Below the pieces are notes generated by a model. The model worked only from the letters and a program-made list of their open reading frames with translations, had not been told where the DNA came from and searched no databases. This document shows, piece by piece, positions 30,781 to 40,243 of a stretch of DNA of 64,000 nucleotides. This stretch comes from Thermoplasmata archaeon (GTDB lineage: Archaea; Thermoplasmatota; Thermoplasmata; GCA-020350865). The translations under genes were made by a program, and so were the position numbers. Each line of letters begins with the position of its first letter. The first letter of the stretch is position 1. Where the stretch lies: NCBI GenBank assembly GCA_020348445.1, contig CP070751.1, positions 628,321-692,320 of the forward strand, in the 5' to 3' direction.

Positions 30781-31845
30781 TTAGATAACTTGTGTGATTC
30801 TCGCTAAATTTTCAGCTGCTTCATGGCTTAAGCCATTGTCTCCCAATATGGTGTACCTGTCCGGGCTGATCTTATGAGCATATGTTAAAGCACGGACCAC
30901 CTCGTCATCCCCCACTCCCAACCTCTTAGCAGTTGTTGGCGCGCCGATGTTAATTAACGCTTCCCTTATCTTCATCCAATCCCCGCCGTGAAGATACATC
31001 ATCATAATCGCCCCAACACCGCACTGCTCTCCATGTAGAGCAGGTTTTTCGGCAATTTCATCCAAAGCATGTGAAAACTTATGTTCTGAGCCACTTGCCG
31101 GTCGAGAGGAGCCAGCTATGCTCATTGCCACTCCTGAGGAAACAAGGGCCTTGGCCACATACCATGCAGAATCCTCAATACCTGGTTTTATCATATCTGA
31201 GTTGTCCAGCATGAACCTACCTGTGAGATCTGCCAGCATGGAGGCCGAGCTGGAGAATTCCTCGTTTTTAAGCCTCTGGGCCAGCTTCCAGTCCATGACA
31301 GCCGTTATATTTGCCACCACATCACCACAGCCGGCGGCAAGTAATCTATAGGGTGATTGTGCGATAATATTGGTATCAGCCACAACTGCAAGGGGTGTTT
31401 GGGCTGTAAGAGATTTTCTCTTTCCATCCACGGAAATAGATGCTCTTCCCGAGACTATGCCATCATGTGATGCCGCTGTTGGGATGCTTAAAAACGGTAT
31501 GTTACTCTCATGCGAAGCACATTTTGCAACATCGATGGGCCTTCCCCCTCCCACACCTAAAACGAAGTTTGCCTTCAATTCCTTGATTTGATCCTTCACT
31601 TGGGATATATTGTCGGAATTGGCATCAGTGATCATCATTTGATGAACATCGAGTCCATTGTCTGATAGAATCTGCTCCACCTTTTCACCGGCGATCTTTT
31701 TCGTTATCTCATCAGAGATAATTAACCCAGGTTTTTCCAAATGGAGCCGTATGCAAACATTACCCACCTCATTTATTACCTCATGTCCTACCATGATTAT
31801 TCTGGGTAACTCGGTGGTTTTTGACTTCGTGAAAGTCTCGTTCAT
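30781..31845 (-). CDS. egsA: sn-glycerol-1-phosphate dehydrogenase
   Basis: GVGGGRPIDVAK, PTAASHDG, SRPASGSEHKFSHALD, LHGEQCG. Confidence 0.97.
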   Translation of the reverse strand: MNETFTKSKTTELPRIIMVGHEVINEVGNVCIRLHLEKPGLIISDEITKKIAGEKVEQILSDNGLDVHQMMITDANSDNISQVKDQIKELKANFVLGVGGGRPIDVAKCASHESNIPFLSIPTAASHDGIVSGRASISVDGKRKSLTAQTPLAVVADTNIIAQSPYRLLAAGCGDVVANITAVMDWKLAQRLKNEEFSSSASMLADLTGRFMLDNSDMIKPGIEDSAWYVAKALVSSGVAMSIAGSSRPASGSEHKFSHALDEIAEKPALHGEQCGVGAIMMMYLHGGDWMKIREALINIGAPTTAKRLGVGDDEVVRALTYAHKISPDRYTILGDNGLSHEAAENLARITQVI

Positions 31846-31924
31846 TACAATTCGCCCCCAAACGAACAGAGAGGTTAATATAGGCCTTTTCCCTTTTCAA
31901 ATTATCGGTTGACAAGGAGCGGAT

Positions 31925-33172
31925 ATGACTTTGGGGGATTTTAAAGCATTCTATAGGCGTTACGCCGGGAAATTAGGGCTTTTGGTGATTTTTGTCATTC
32001 TTATCATTCTCGTTCTTGGTTGCATTTTCGCACCCGAGATCTTCTGGGACAAATTCATATACAGGTACTATTGGGGTCCAGTTGAGGTGGATGCAAAAGA
32101 ATCTGGTCCGATAATTCAATCAGACGGTTATGAGATAAACCAGGGTTACACCTTGGTTTCGGAGATCACCTATGGAATCGTGCTTATTTTGGCGTTATAC
32201 GCCATCTATTGGCTTTTAAATCGCTTTAAGATACAAATCGATGTGAGGTTCGTTTTATCGGTCATGCCATATTTTTTCCTTGGGGGGACGCTACGTGTTT
32301 TGGAGGATGCAGAACTGTATAAAGAGCCCTATGTGTACCTTTTCATCTCACCTTTGATATACTTTGTAATTGCAATTGTTATTCTCGTGCAACTATTTTC
32401 ATCAGTTTATATCGCAAGAAAAAAGGAATATTCCCCCAAAATAAAATTGATATTTTCAGCTTTAATTTGGGTTATATTCGATGTCATTTACGTTTTCATA
32501 TATTTCTTTCATGAGGATGCTTTCAACTATGTGGTTCATCCCATAATGCCCATAATTCTTTCAGTTGTTGTATTCTCATATCTGGTTCTTCATACCAGAA
32601 GGAACCAGACATTTGATCCCTACTTATCCCTATTTCTATTTGGGTTATTCCTCTTGACTTTTTCAATATTCTTGATAATGCTATGGCCTGAGATAGATTC
32701 TTGGAGATTGGCCTATCTTCAAGCTCAAGGGCGAGCAGAGGTTACCACCAATCCTTTCGGGGGTTTGTTGGTCGTCATCTTGTCTGTGGCTATCACATTC
32801 TGCATATACATCGTGTCCAAGCTCATTCAAAACAAGCGTAAGATAATTGGGATATATACCAATCCCATCAACCTGCTCATTATCTTCGGCCAGATGTTCG
32901 ATGCCACTGCCACCTTCATAGGAGTTGATTTCTATAGATACTCAGAAAAGCACCCGATACCTGATTTCTTCTTCCAAACATTCGGCACATCTGCGGTATT
33001 TTTACCTATTAAGATGATTCTGGCATTGATGATAATTTACGTCATTGATGTGTCTTTTAAAGAAGAGCTTAAGAAATATCCCATTCTCATTGGATTGATT
33101 AAGATCATTGTCATTGTGCTTGGCCTGGGCCCTGGGACAAGGGATTGCCTAAGACTTGGTATGGGAGTGTGA
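31925..33172 (+). CDS. DUF63 family multi-pass membrane protein
   Basis: GYTLVSEIT, GGTLRVLED, QMFDATATFIG, YSEKHP, LGLGPGTRD. Confidence 0.85.
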   Translation: MTLGDFKAFYRRYAGKLGLLVIFVILIILVLGCIFAPEIFWDKFIYRYYWGPVEVDAKESGPIIQSDGYEINQGYTLVSEITYGIVLILALYAIYWLLNRFKIQIDVRFVLSVMPYFFLGGTLRVLEDAELYKEPYVYLFISPLIYFVIAIVILVQLFSSVYIARKKEYSPKIKLIFSALIWVIFDVIYVFIYFFHEDAFNYVVHPIMPIILSVVVFSYLVLHTRRNQTFDPYLSLFLFGLFLLTFSIFLIMLWPEIDSWRLAYLQAQGRAEVTTNPFGGLLVVILSVAITFCIYIVSKLIQNKRKIIGIYTNPINLLIIFGQMFDATATFIGVDFYRYSEKHPIPDFFFQTFGTSAVFLPIKMILALMIIYVIDVSFKEELKKYPILIGLIKIIVIVLGLGPGTRDCLRLGMGV

Positions 33173-33182
33173 GGGAAAGATA

Positions 33183-33662
33183 ATGAGTGCAAACTATTTT
33201 AACAACCTAAATAGAATCGTTGAATTACTACTGAAGGACGAGATCGTTTTAAATAACATAGAAAACCTAAAAACTGAAATACAACGGTCCAAGGAGCCCT
33301 TTCTTTGGGAGGTAATCAATTTGGATGTCTATAAACAAGATTTACCTCCAATCATTGAATCGGGTTGGATATTTGTCCTTAAAAAGAACACACCATCTGT
33401 GGCTCATTATCATCCCAATAGTATCCAGCACACAGTGATGATTGAAGGAAAAGGAAAGGTGAATGTATCGGACCAATTGAGGGACTTAAAATCCTTTAAT
33501 CCATCAAATGAAGACATATGGATTGTGATCGATAAAGATGTTCCACATGAGTTCTTTCCATATGACCAGGATATGGTTGTAGTATCCTTTCATACCTGTA
33601 TACCAGAGGACCTGGTTGAGATAAAATGTGAAGGTCATGAACATCGGATTTATGAAAAATAA
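33183..33662 (+). CDS. Cupin-fold hypothetical protein
   Basis: HYHPNSIQHTVMIEGKG...VPHEF cupin-like motifs. Confidence 0.55.
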   Translation: MSANYFNNLNRIVELLLKDEIVLNNIENLKTEIQRSKEPFLWEVINLDVYKQDLPPIIESGWIFVLKKNTPSVAHYHPNSIQHTVMIEGKGKVNVSDQLRDLKSFNPSNEDIWIVIDKDVPHEFFPYDQDMVVVSFHTCIPEDLVEIKCEGHEHRIYEK

Positions 33663-33706
33663 CGGGATTACCATATAAAATATGGTTTAAGGATAGGAGA
33701 AATACC

Positions 33707-34159
33707 ATGAACGATATAAAAATCAGAAAAGCAAAGGAATCGGATTTGCAGGTAATCAAAAAACTGCTTACTGAGCTTTTGGAATCCATGGATGATACAG
33801 AGGGAATTGACAAGGATTTGGCCCTTGAAAATTGTAAAGATATCCTTAATGAAACCAATACTCATCTTTTTGTTGCCGAAATCGGGGGTATCGTCATAGG
33901 ATTTATTAATTTCACAATCCGTCAAACACTCGTACATCCTGGTTTATCAGGACTTATCGACGAACTTGTGGTCACAAGAAAATATCGCGAAATGGGAGTT
34001 GGAAAGAAATTGATCGAGGCAGCTGCAAAGAATTGTAAACAACTGGGATGCTGTGAGTTGGAGGTGAGCACTGAAATTACTAATGAAATTGCACAAAAAT
34101 TCTATAAAAGTCTTGGTTTTACGGAAAGGGGAGTAATACTTGAAAAAGAGCTTATTTGA
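33707..34159 (+). CDS. GNAT family acetyltransferase
   Basis: IDELVVTRKYREMGVGKKL, AQKFYKSLGF. Confidence 0.9.
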   Translation: MNDIKIRKAKESDLQVIKKLLTELLESMDDTEGIDKDLALENCKDILNETNTHLFVAEIGGIVIGFINFTIRQTLVHPGLSGLIDELVVTRKYREMGVGKKLIEAAAKNCKQLGCCELEVSTEITNEIAQKFYKSLGFTERGVILEKELI

Positions 34160-34209
34160 GACGATAATCTACTTATAGGGACATCAAAATAGAGGTTCAG
34201 GGGAAATTT

Positions 34210-34995
34210 ATGATCAAGAGGATTTTGATTATCGGTATTATAGCGATTCTTGTATTGGCAGGATACTTTATCATGCGGGATTTTAGTCCTTCATCTGATG
34301 AGACATTTGATGTGTCTGAGATAATCGACGGTGATACCATTAGGTTATCAAACGATAAAAGGGTCAGGTTGATTGGTATCAACGCGCCCGAGAAAGATCA
34401 ACCCTATTACGATGATGCTACCGAGAAATTAAAAGAATTGATAGGTGATGGCCCAGTGAAATTAAAAAAAGATGTGGATGATGAAGACCAATATGGTAGA
34501 TGGCTAAGATATATTTATGTTAACAAAACCTTTGTGAATCTTGAAATGGTAAAAGAGGGGTGTGCTATCGCCTATGAATTCCAACCAAATGTAAAGTATT
34601 CAGAAGAATTCAAAGAGGCCGAAGGGGAGGCAAGAGAAGCTGGGATTGGAATTTGGGTTCCATCTTCTTTTTCCATCACGATCTCTATCTTAAATGCGGA
34701 TGCAGAAGGAGACGACACAAAAAATCTCAATGATGAGTATGTGGTATTTGCTAATGAAGGCACAACATCCCTAAACATGACCCACTGGTTGGTACTGGAT
34801 CAGGCCAATAATCATTATAGATTTCAGGAATTTGAACTGGAAGCAGGCTCTTTCGTCACTCTCCACTCAGGATCGGGAGTAGACACCGAAGTAGACATCT
34901 ACTGGGCAAGCCCAAAACCGATATGGAACAACGATGGCGACACGTTGTATTTGAGAGATGCCGAGGACCTTTTTGTCACCCATTACAGTTATTAA
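34210..34995 (+). CDS. Secreted thermonuclease with lamin-tail domain
   Basis: IIDGDTI, VRLIGINAPE, DQYGRWLRY; C-terminal NDEYVV...IWNNDGDTLYL. Confidence 0.9.
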   Translation: MIKRILIIGIIAILVLAGYFIMRDFSPSSDETFDVSEIIDGDTIRLSNDKRVRLIGINAPEKDQPYYDDATEKLKELIGDGPVKLKKDVDDEDQYGRWLRYIYVNKTFVNLEMVKEGCAIAYEFQPNVKYSEEFKEAEGEAREAGIGIWVPSSFSITISILNADAEGDDTKNLNDEYVVFANEGTTSLNMTHWLVLDQANNHYRFQEFELEAGSFVTLHSGSGVDTEVDIYWASPKPIWNNDGDTLYLRDAEDLFVTHYSY

Positions 34996-35161
34996 CCGCT
35001 AAAGAAAAATACAATGAGTTAAAGATTCACGAACAGATTTCCAAAGCTATCAATAGGGGCTATTTATTATTCACTTCATGCTTTTTACAATAATGTTATA
35101 TACCATTATTTTGATGCACTTGACACATTTGTTTATCGTTAATAATAGGGAGGTTTTAATT

Positions 35162-36271
35162 ATGGCAGTACCTGAGAAGATTAAAACATGGCAGATGGTC
35201 TCGCCATGGACTAAGGATAAGGAGACAGGTGAGGTAAGTGAAGGCAAGTTGGAGCTGACAGAGATTCCAGTTCCTGAACTTAAAGAGGGGGAAGTCTTGG
35301 TTAAGGTGGCAGGATGCGGTGTATGCCACACCGATTTGGGATATTTTTATCACGGTGTACCAACTGTGACAAAGCCCCCACTGACCCTTGGCCATGAAGT
35401 TTCTGGAGTCATTGTGGCTGGAGGGGAGAATTACATTGGTAAGGAAGTAATTGTACCAGCAGTGATGCCTTGTAATGGATGCCCCATTTGTGACGAAGGT
35501 CGCGGAAACAGATGCCTGATACAGAAGATGCCTGGAAACAGCATGGAGATGTACGGTGGTTTCTCAAGCCACATTCCTGTTCCAGTGGGAGATCTATGTT
35601 TTGTGGAAAACCGCGGAGACTTCAAACTGGAGGAACTGGCTGTGATCGCTGATGCAGCTACGACACCCTATCAGGCCTGTGTTCGGGGAGATGTAAAAGA
35701 AGGAGACAACGTAATCATAATCGGAGTCACAGGGGGAGTGGGTGTTTACATGGCCCAGATGGCAAAGGCCTTTGGAGCCAAGACAGTAATTGGAATTGCA
35801 AGAAATCCTGAGAAACTTGAGCGTGCCCTGAAATATGGGGCAGATTTTGTTATCAACTCCACTGACAAAGATGCCAAGACCGTCAAGAACGAGTTCAAAG
35901 CCATTTGTAAGGAGAATGGACTACCCCACAATTACGGGTGGAAGATATTCGAGGTCACAGGAACCAAGGCAGGCCAGGATATGGCCCTAACACTCCTTTC
36001 GTTCACAGGTAAATTGATAGTTGTGGGCTTTGGGATGCAGAAGAACGAGTACTCGATCTCCAGATTGATGGCCTTCGACGCCGACATCATTGGAACCTGG
36101 GGCTGTCTTCCTAAGTACTACAACAATGTCCTAAAATGGGTGTTGGATGGTACCATCCAGATCAAGCCTTTTGTCGAAACAAAGCCCATGAGCCAGATCA
36201 AGGAGGCCTTTGAGGAAGCCAAAGCAGGAAAACTCATGAAGAGAATCGTATTGACCCCTGATTTCGAGTAA
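35162..36271 (+). CDS. had: 6-hydroxycyclohex-1-ene-1-carbonyl-CoA dehydrogenase
   Basis: Zn-ADH fold (CGVCHTD, GHE, CxxCxxC) with Had-typical PLTLGHE, IADAATTPYQA, GTKAGQD, RLMAFDA, GTWGC. Confidence 0.85.
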   Translation: MAVPEKIKTWQMVSPWTKDKETGEVSEGKLELTEIPVPELKEGEVLVKVAGCGVCHTDLGYFYHGVPTVTKPPLTLGHEVSGVIVAGGENYIGKEVIVPAVMPCNGCPICDEGRGNRCLIQKMPGNSMEMYGGFSSHIPVPVGDLCFVENRGDFKLEELAVIADAATTPYQACVRGDVKEGDNVIIIGVTGGVGVYMAQMAKAFGAKTVIGIARNPEKLERALKYGADFVINSTDKDAKTVKNEFKAICKENGLPHNYGWKIFEVTGTKAGQDMALTLLSFTGKLIVVGFGMQKNEYSISRLMAFDADIIGTWGCLPKYYNNVLKWVLDGTIQIKPFVETKPMSQIKEAFEEAKAGKLMKRIVLTPDFE

Positions 36272-36280
36272 GTGGTAAAT

Positions 36281-36703
36281 TCACTCTTCGTTCTCTAACC
36301 TCTTGAACATATCAGCGTAGTGACTGGGCATACTGATTGCCTTTCTATTCTTATCAATAAAAACATGGGTGGTGTAGCCTTCTGCCACTGGCACCAAATC
36401 GCTTCCCTCTTTAATCTTGAATATCCTGCTCTCAATTTTAAAGCTCTTCTCTTTTATGTCAGCAAAATTTGTATGGACTTCAAGGAGGTCATCGAAATAC
36501 ACGGGAGACAGGTATTTGCAGTAGGTGTCCACTATTGGGATGTCCCATTGGTACGGTATGCCTATCTCCCTGTACATCTCGATTTTACCAACTTCGAAAT
36601 ACAAGAAAAAGCTACCGTAGTATACGACCTCTGCTGCATCAGTTTCCGCATATCTTACCCGAAGCTGGGTCTTGAAGGTCTTCATTCTCTCCCCCAATAC
36701 CAT
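36281..36703 (-). CDS. Acyl-CoA thioesterase (hotdog, YbgC/4HBT family)
   Basis: RVRYAETDAAEVVYY motif. Confidence 0.85.
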   Translation of the reverse strand: MVLGERMKTFKTQLRVRYAETDAAEVVYYGSFFLYFEVGKIEMYREIGIPYQWDIPIVDTYCKYLSPVYFDDLLEVHTNFADIKEKSFKIESRIFKIKEGSDLVPVAEGYTTHVFIDKNRKAISMPSHYADMFKRLENEE

Positions 36704-36784
36704 GGTATATCTTTAATTTTCAGTTATCCAAAGCACCGATGTAGTAAATGAAAAAAGGGGGAAATTCCCCCAAATGCTCTCTAT

Positions 36785-37927
36785 CTACTCCTCTTTTGGT
36801 TTCGGTTTAGCAAGCACTGCCTCGAACAACTCGTCGTCCTGGTAAGCTCCCTTGGCAATAAGCTGGCGGTACTTGACAAAATCTATGACATCCTTGCCTG
36901 TTATCTTCTTAGTATTGAATGCATGGAATCCTAGGAAAGCTTCCCCTGACATGTTTGTTGCAAGCCAGTGTCTGTTGTAGTTCTTTGAATAATCCCAGAA
37001 GAATTTTTTCTTGGCTCTGATGCTGTCTATTGTTTTTATCAGGCAGCCTGGAAAGAGGTTGGTGAATCTCCAAATTATTTCATTAACGGTATTGTCTAGG
37101 AGAGTGAAATCTGTTTGAGCATTTTTCACGTACGCCTTGGCCTCTTTGAATGCATCTCCGGTCTTGAATTCACCGTACACTATCTCTCCATCCTCCACCC
37201 ACTTGTCAGTTATCACCTGGGGATTTTTTATCCATTTATCTCCTTCCTTTATGGCAGGCACTACCCTTGTAAGGTACCCCAGCCTATTCATCTTATAGGC
37301 GGACCATGTCTCGCATGATATGCAGTTCCACATGGCGTCCTCCATTCCCAGATACCATGGCAGAAAATCACTTGAGCCGCCATCAGGAGCAGAGCCGTGT
37401 CTTGGACCTGCCTGGCCGTACACCGCAAGATCCGAACTGACTGCTATATCGGTGGCCATACCTATTTCCTGGCCCCCTGCAATCCGCATTCCATTGACTC
37501 TGCAGATCACAGGTTTCTTGCAAAAGAGTATGGAGTCAACCATATGGTTGAACAGCTCCATGTACTCTCCGTACTCGTTTGGTCTCTTGCTGTAATATTC
37601 TGCATATTCTTTGGTGTTGCCGCCGGTGCAAAATGCCTTGTCTCCAGCTCCTGTGAATATCGCAGCCACGACACTCCTGTCAAGGGATGCATTGTGAAAA
37701 CCTGCGATAACTCCCTTTACCATCTCAGTGGTATATGAATTGTACTGCCTGGGATTGTTGAGGGTGATCCATGCAGAGTATAGTCCCTCCACTTCATTAC
37801 CCTCAGGGTCCAAAACAGGTTTCTTTTCATATACTGTGCAAGGGGGTTCCGTTCCAAAGTAATCCTTCCCTTTAAACAGTTCATGGTTCTTTATCTCATC
37901 TTCTCTTGGTAGCCAATCTAAACTCAT
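36785..37927 (-). CDS. oah: 6-oxocyclohex-1-ene-1-carbonyl-CoA hydrolase (ring-opening)
   Basis: LNNPRQYNSYTT, FCTGGNTKEYAEYY, RVNGMRIAGGQEIG, QAGPRHGSAPDGG, WLATNMSGEA. Confidence 0.93.
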   Translation of the reverse strand: MSLDWLPREDEIKNHELFKGKDYFGTEPPCTVYEKKPVLDPEGNEVEGLYSAWITLNNPRQYNSYTTEMVKGVIAGFHNASLDRSVVAAIFTGAGDKAFCTGGNTKEYAEYYSKRPNEYGEYMELFNHMVDSILFCKKPVICRVNGMRIAGGQEIGMATDIAVSSDLAVYGQAGPRHGSAPDGGSSDFLPWYLGMEDAMWNCISCETWSAYKMNRLGYLTRVVPAIKEGDKWIKNPQVITDKWVEDGEIVYGEFKTGDAFKEAKAYVKNAQTDFTLLDNTVNEIIWRFTNLFPGCLIKTIDSIRAKKKFFWDYSKNYNRHWLATNMSGEAFLGFHAFNTKKITGKDVIDFVKYRQLIAKGAYQDDELFEAVLAKPKPKEE

Positions 37928-38156
37928 ACTATACCTCCAATTAATTTATCTTCTGTAACCTCCCCCAATGGCACGCCTAAAAATTTTGGTCATACGATTG
38001 GGCACGGCCGAAATAGGATTGATTGTTTATAACATTTATTATGCTCTAAAAAATTGGAATTCCCATGGATAAATTCATGCCAAAAATGATATAATGAACA
38101 AAAGTATTATATACCCAAGAACTTAGTTTCAAAAACTCAAAAAGTTGGTACTGGGT

Positions 38157-39323
38157 ATGGCAAAAAGACGAAGCACAATCGGAAAAAAAGGCAAGCATGG
38201 GAGAGAAGGTGTGGATATATCTCTTGCCGAGACAATGAAAAGACGGAAAAGGAAGATATTAAGCGTGGTATTGGTGATCGTGATAGTGGTGGCGATTTTA
38301 GCGTCAGTTTATTACTTCTTCTTTTTAAGCAAGGAATCTGACGATGATGTTGATGTTCTAACCTCATCATCCAAACACTTGCAAGGTTATCCTAATGATA
38401 CCATAAGCTATACTTACACGATTCACAATCCCAGTAGTAAATCTGACGTTTTTTCCCCTATGCTATTTGGTCTACCCTCCGATTGGACAATTATCATGCC
38501 AAACACCATTTCTGTGAAGGGAAAAGAATCCAAACAGGAACAATTCTCTGTAATACCAAAACTCGAAACAGCCGTGAATAATACATATCCATTTAAGCTC
38601 AATGTCACATCAGCCAATACCCAAAAGACTTCTTCCGTCGACTTCGAAATAACTGTATATAGATTAAATTACGGTGTTGAGCTTGTATGCTACAATACCA
38701 CTCATGATGCAGACCCTGGGAGAAATGTCCTCTACGGGATATTGGTTCGGAACACAGGTAATGGAGAGGATTCTTTCTCCTTCTCCTACAAACACCTTCC
38801 ACCAAATTGGACCATTTCATTTGAATTTGATCAAATAGTGATTCCTGGTTATGGCTCCAAGTCGGTGATTGTCAACATCTCCACCCACATCAATACCTCT
38901 AAAGGTCGATACGATATGGATATCATGACCACATCCAGCGGTGGCCCCACAGCCTCAATCTGGTTGAACACTTCAACTGTTAAAGATTTCGATGCTAGAA
39001 CCATAAAGGAAGGGGACAGAATACAGGTGAATTATATCGGTTATTTCCCAGATGGCGTGGTCTTTGACACATCGTATGCTTATGTGGCCAATAACACCAA
39101 TTGGTCAAAAACTCCAGGTTTTACTCGTACTGAATTTTCTCCATTGAAGGTAGCTACAACCACTAGAGAAGGCGATTACACAACTGTTGTTATTGGATTC
39201 AAGGAAGGGCTTATGGGATTGAAAGTTGGCGAATCAAATGTGGTCCGAGTTCCTCCTGAAAAAGCCTATGGTGATGGTCTATGGCGCATTTTTGAAATCG
39301 ACATAGTCAGCATAGACAACTGA
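38157..39323 (+). CDS. Membrane-anchored protein with Ig-like domains and C-terminal FKBP-type PPIase
   Basis: Basic N-tail plus TM; IKEGDRIQVNYIG...FDTS...GFKEGLMGLKVGE...VPPEKAYG. Confidence 0.8.
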   Translation: MAKRRSTIGKKGKHGREGVDISLAETMKRRKRKILSVVLVIVIVVAILASVYYFFFLSKESDDDVDVLTSSSKHLQGYPNDTISYTYTIHNPSSKSDVFSPMLFGLPSDWTIIMPNTISVKGKESKQEQFSVIPKLETAVNNTYPFKLNVTSANTQKTSSVDFEITVYRLNYGVELVCYNTTHDADPGRNVLYGILVRNTGNGEDSFSFSYKHLPPNWTISFEFDQIVIPGYGSKSVIVNISTHINTSKGRYDMDIMTTSSGGPTASIWLNTSTVKDFDARTIKEGDRIQVNYIGYFPDGVVFDTSYAYVANNTNWSKTPGFTRTEFSPLKVATTTREGDYTTVVIGFKEGLMGLKVGESNVVRVPPEKAYGDGLWRIFEIDIVSIDN

Positions 39324-39553
39324 CATCTCGATTTGTGAGGAATAATGTAAATTCCACTGAGAGCCGGGTTAGGAAAAAACAGTTGATAAGGCTGTTGGGC
39401 TCTCAGTGGTATAGGGCGTTGAGGTAAGGGATTCGGAAAAACGGCTTTTGTTAATAAATGTTTTGTGCTGTAGTTATCAGATTTGATACTGTTCACAACT
39501 AATTTATCTAATACGATTTACAATAATCATATCAGAACCTTTCTTTAGAAAGC

Positions 39554-39793
39554 ATGGTTTCTAATCTGGAGTATGATGACATGGATACCACAGCATTACT
39601 CGGTATGTTCTCGATAACTGCAGGTCTGGTTTTCTTCTTCACAAGCGGTGCATTCTCGATAATCAGCTCTTCCCTGGGAATGTTATTCCAGGGAATTGGG
39701 ATAGCTCTGATTTACCTGGGGATCGCATTTATTTTATGGAATGTCCTGAGCTCGCTGAACATCTTTTTAGAAAGGTTCGTGAAAAGAAGTTGA
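39554..39793 (+). CDS. Small two-TM membrane protein
   Basis: 79 aa, two hydrophobic helices. Confidence 0.5.
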   Translation: MVSNLEYDDMDTTALLGMFSITAGLVFFFTSGAFSIISSSLGMLFQGIGIALIYLGIAFILWNVLSSLNIFLERFVKRS

Positions 39794-39800
39794 GTGGAGG

Positions 39801-39903
39801 GCACCCCGTCCAGATTTATTTTGATCTATCGTCTTAGTGTTCGAGTTATAATTTTTCATCAATTGTTTCTTAAGCTCGAACACTAGACGGGAGCACGAAT
39901 CAA
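39801..39903 (-). repeat. Palindromic cassette of the same family as the tRNA-Ile array, carrying the tRNA-Glu 3' end
   Basis: TAGTGTTCGAG (39835-39845)/CTCGAACACTA (39875-39885) arms, GACGGGAGCAC (39886-39896), GAATCAA. Confidence 0.85.
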
Positions 39904-39920
39904 ATAAAAAATAATATAAG

Positions 39921-40069
39921 TGCTCCCGTCGGGATTTCCGAGCCGTGGGAGGAAATGGAGTGGTGAGTCCCTCACCACGGGCATTCGAACCCGAGTCGTC
40001 GGCTGTCCTTGGCAATTTTAGGAAAGCCTCGAAAGGCCGAAATGATTGGCCGGTCTACACTACGGGAGC
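39921..40069 (-). tRNA. tRNA-Glu(TTC) with two introns (37/38: 40005-40029; 59/60: 39935-39983)
   Basis: GCTCCCG/CGGGAGC acceptor; removing 25-nt and 49-nt inserts gives a 75-nt cloverleaf; BHB-type junctions. Confidence 0.9.
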
Positions 40070-40081
40070 ATGTTTGTGGAT

Positions 40082-40243
40082 GTCGCATATTACTTCAGAT
40101 CAAACATGCGACTAAGTGGCGGCTATGCCGCCACGGTAGGACACATTTGCGAATGCCGCGCATCTGAACTAAGCAAATGTGCGATTAAGTGGTGCGAGCA
40201 TTGCGAGCACCACGAAAGGTGCAAAATGCGCCAGCATTTTGCA
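40082..40243. ncRNA. Candidate structured RNA: five consecutive hairpins with complementary loops
   Basis: Perfect stems of 7, 8, 9, 7 and 10 bp; loop TTCAGAT complements loop ATCTGAA. Confidence 0.45.
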
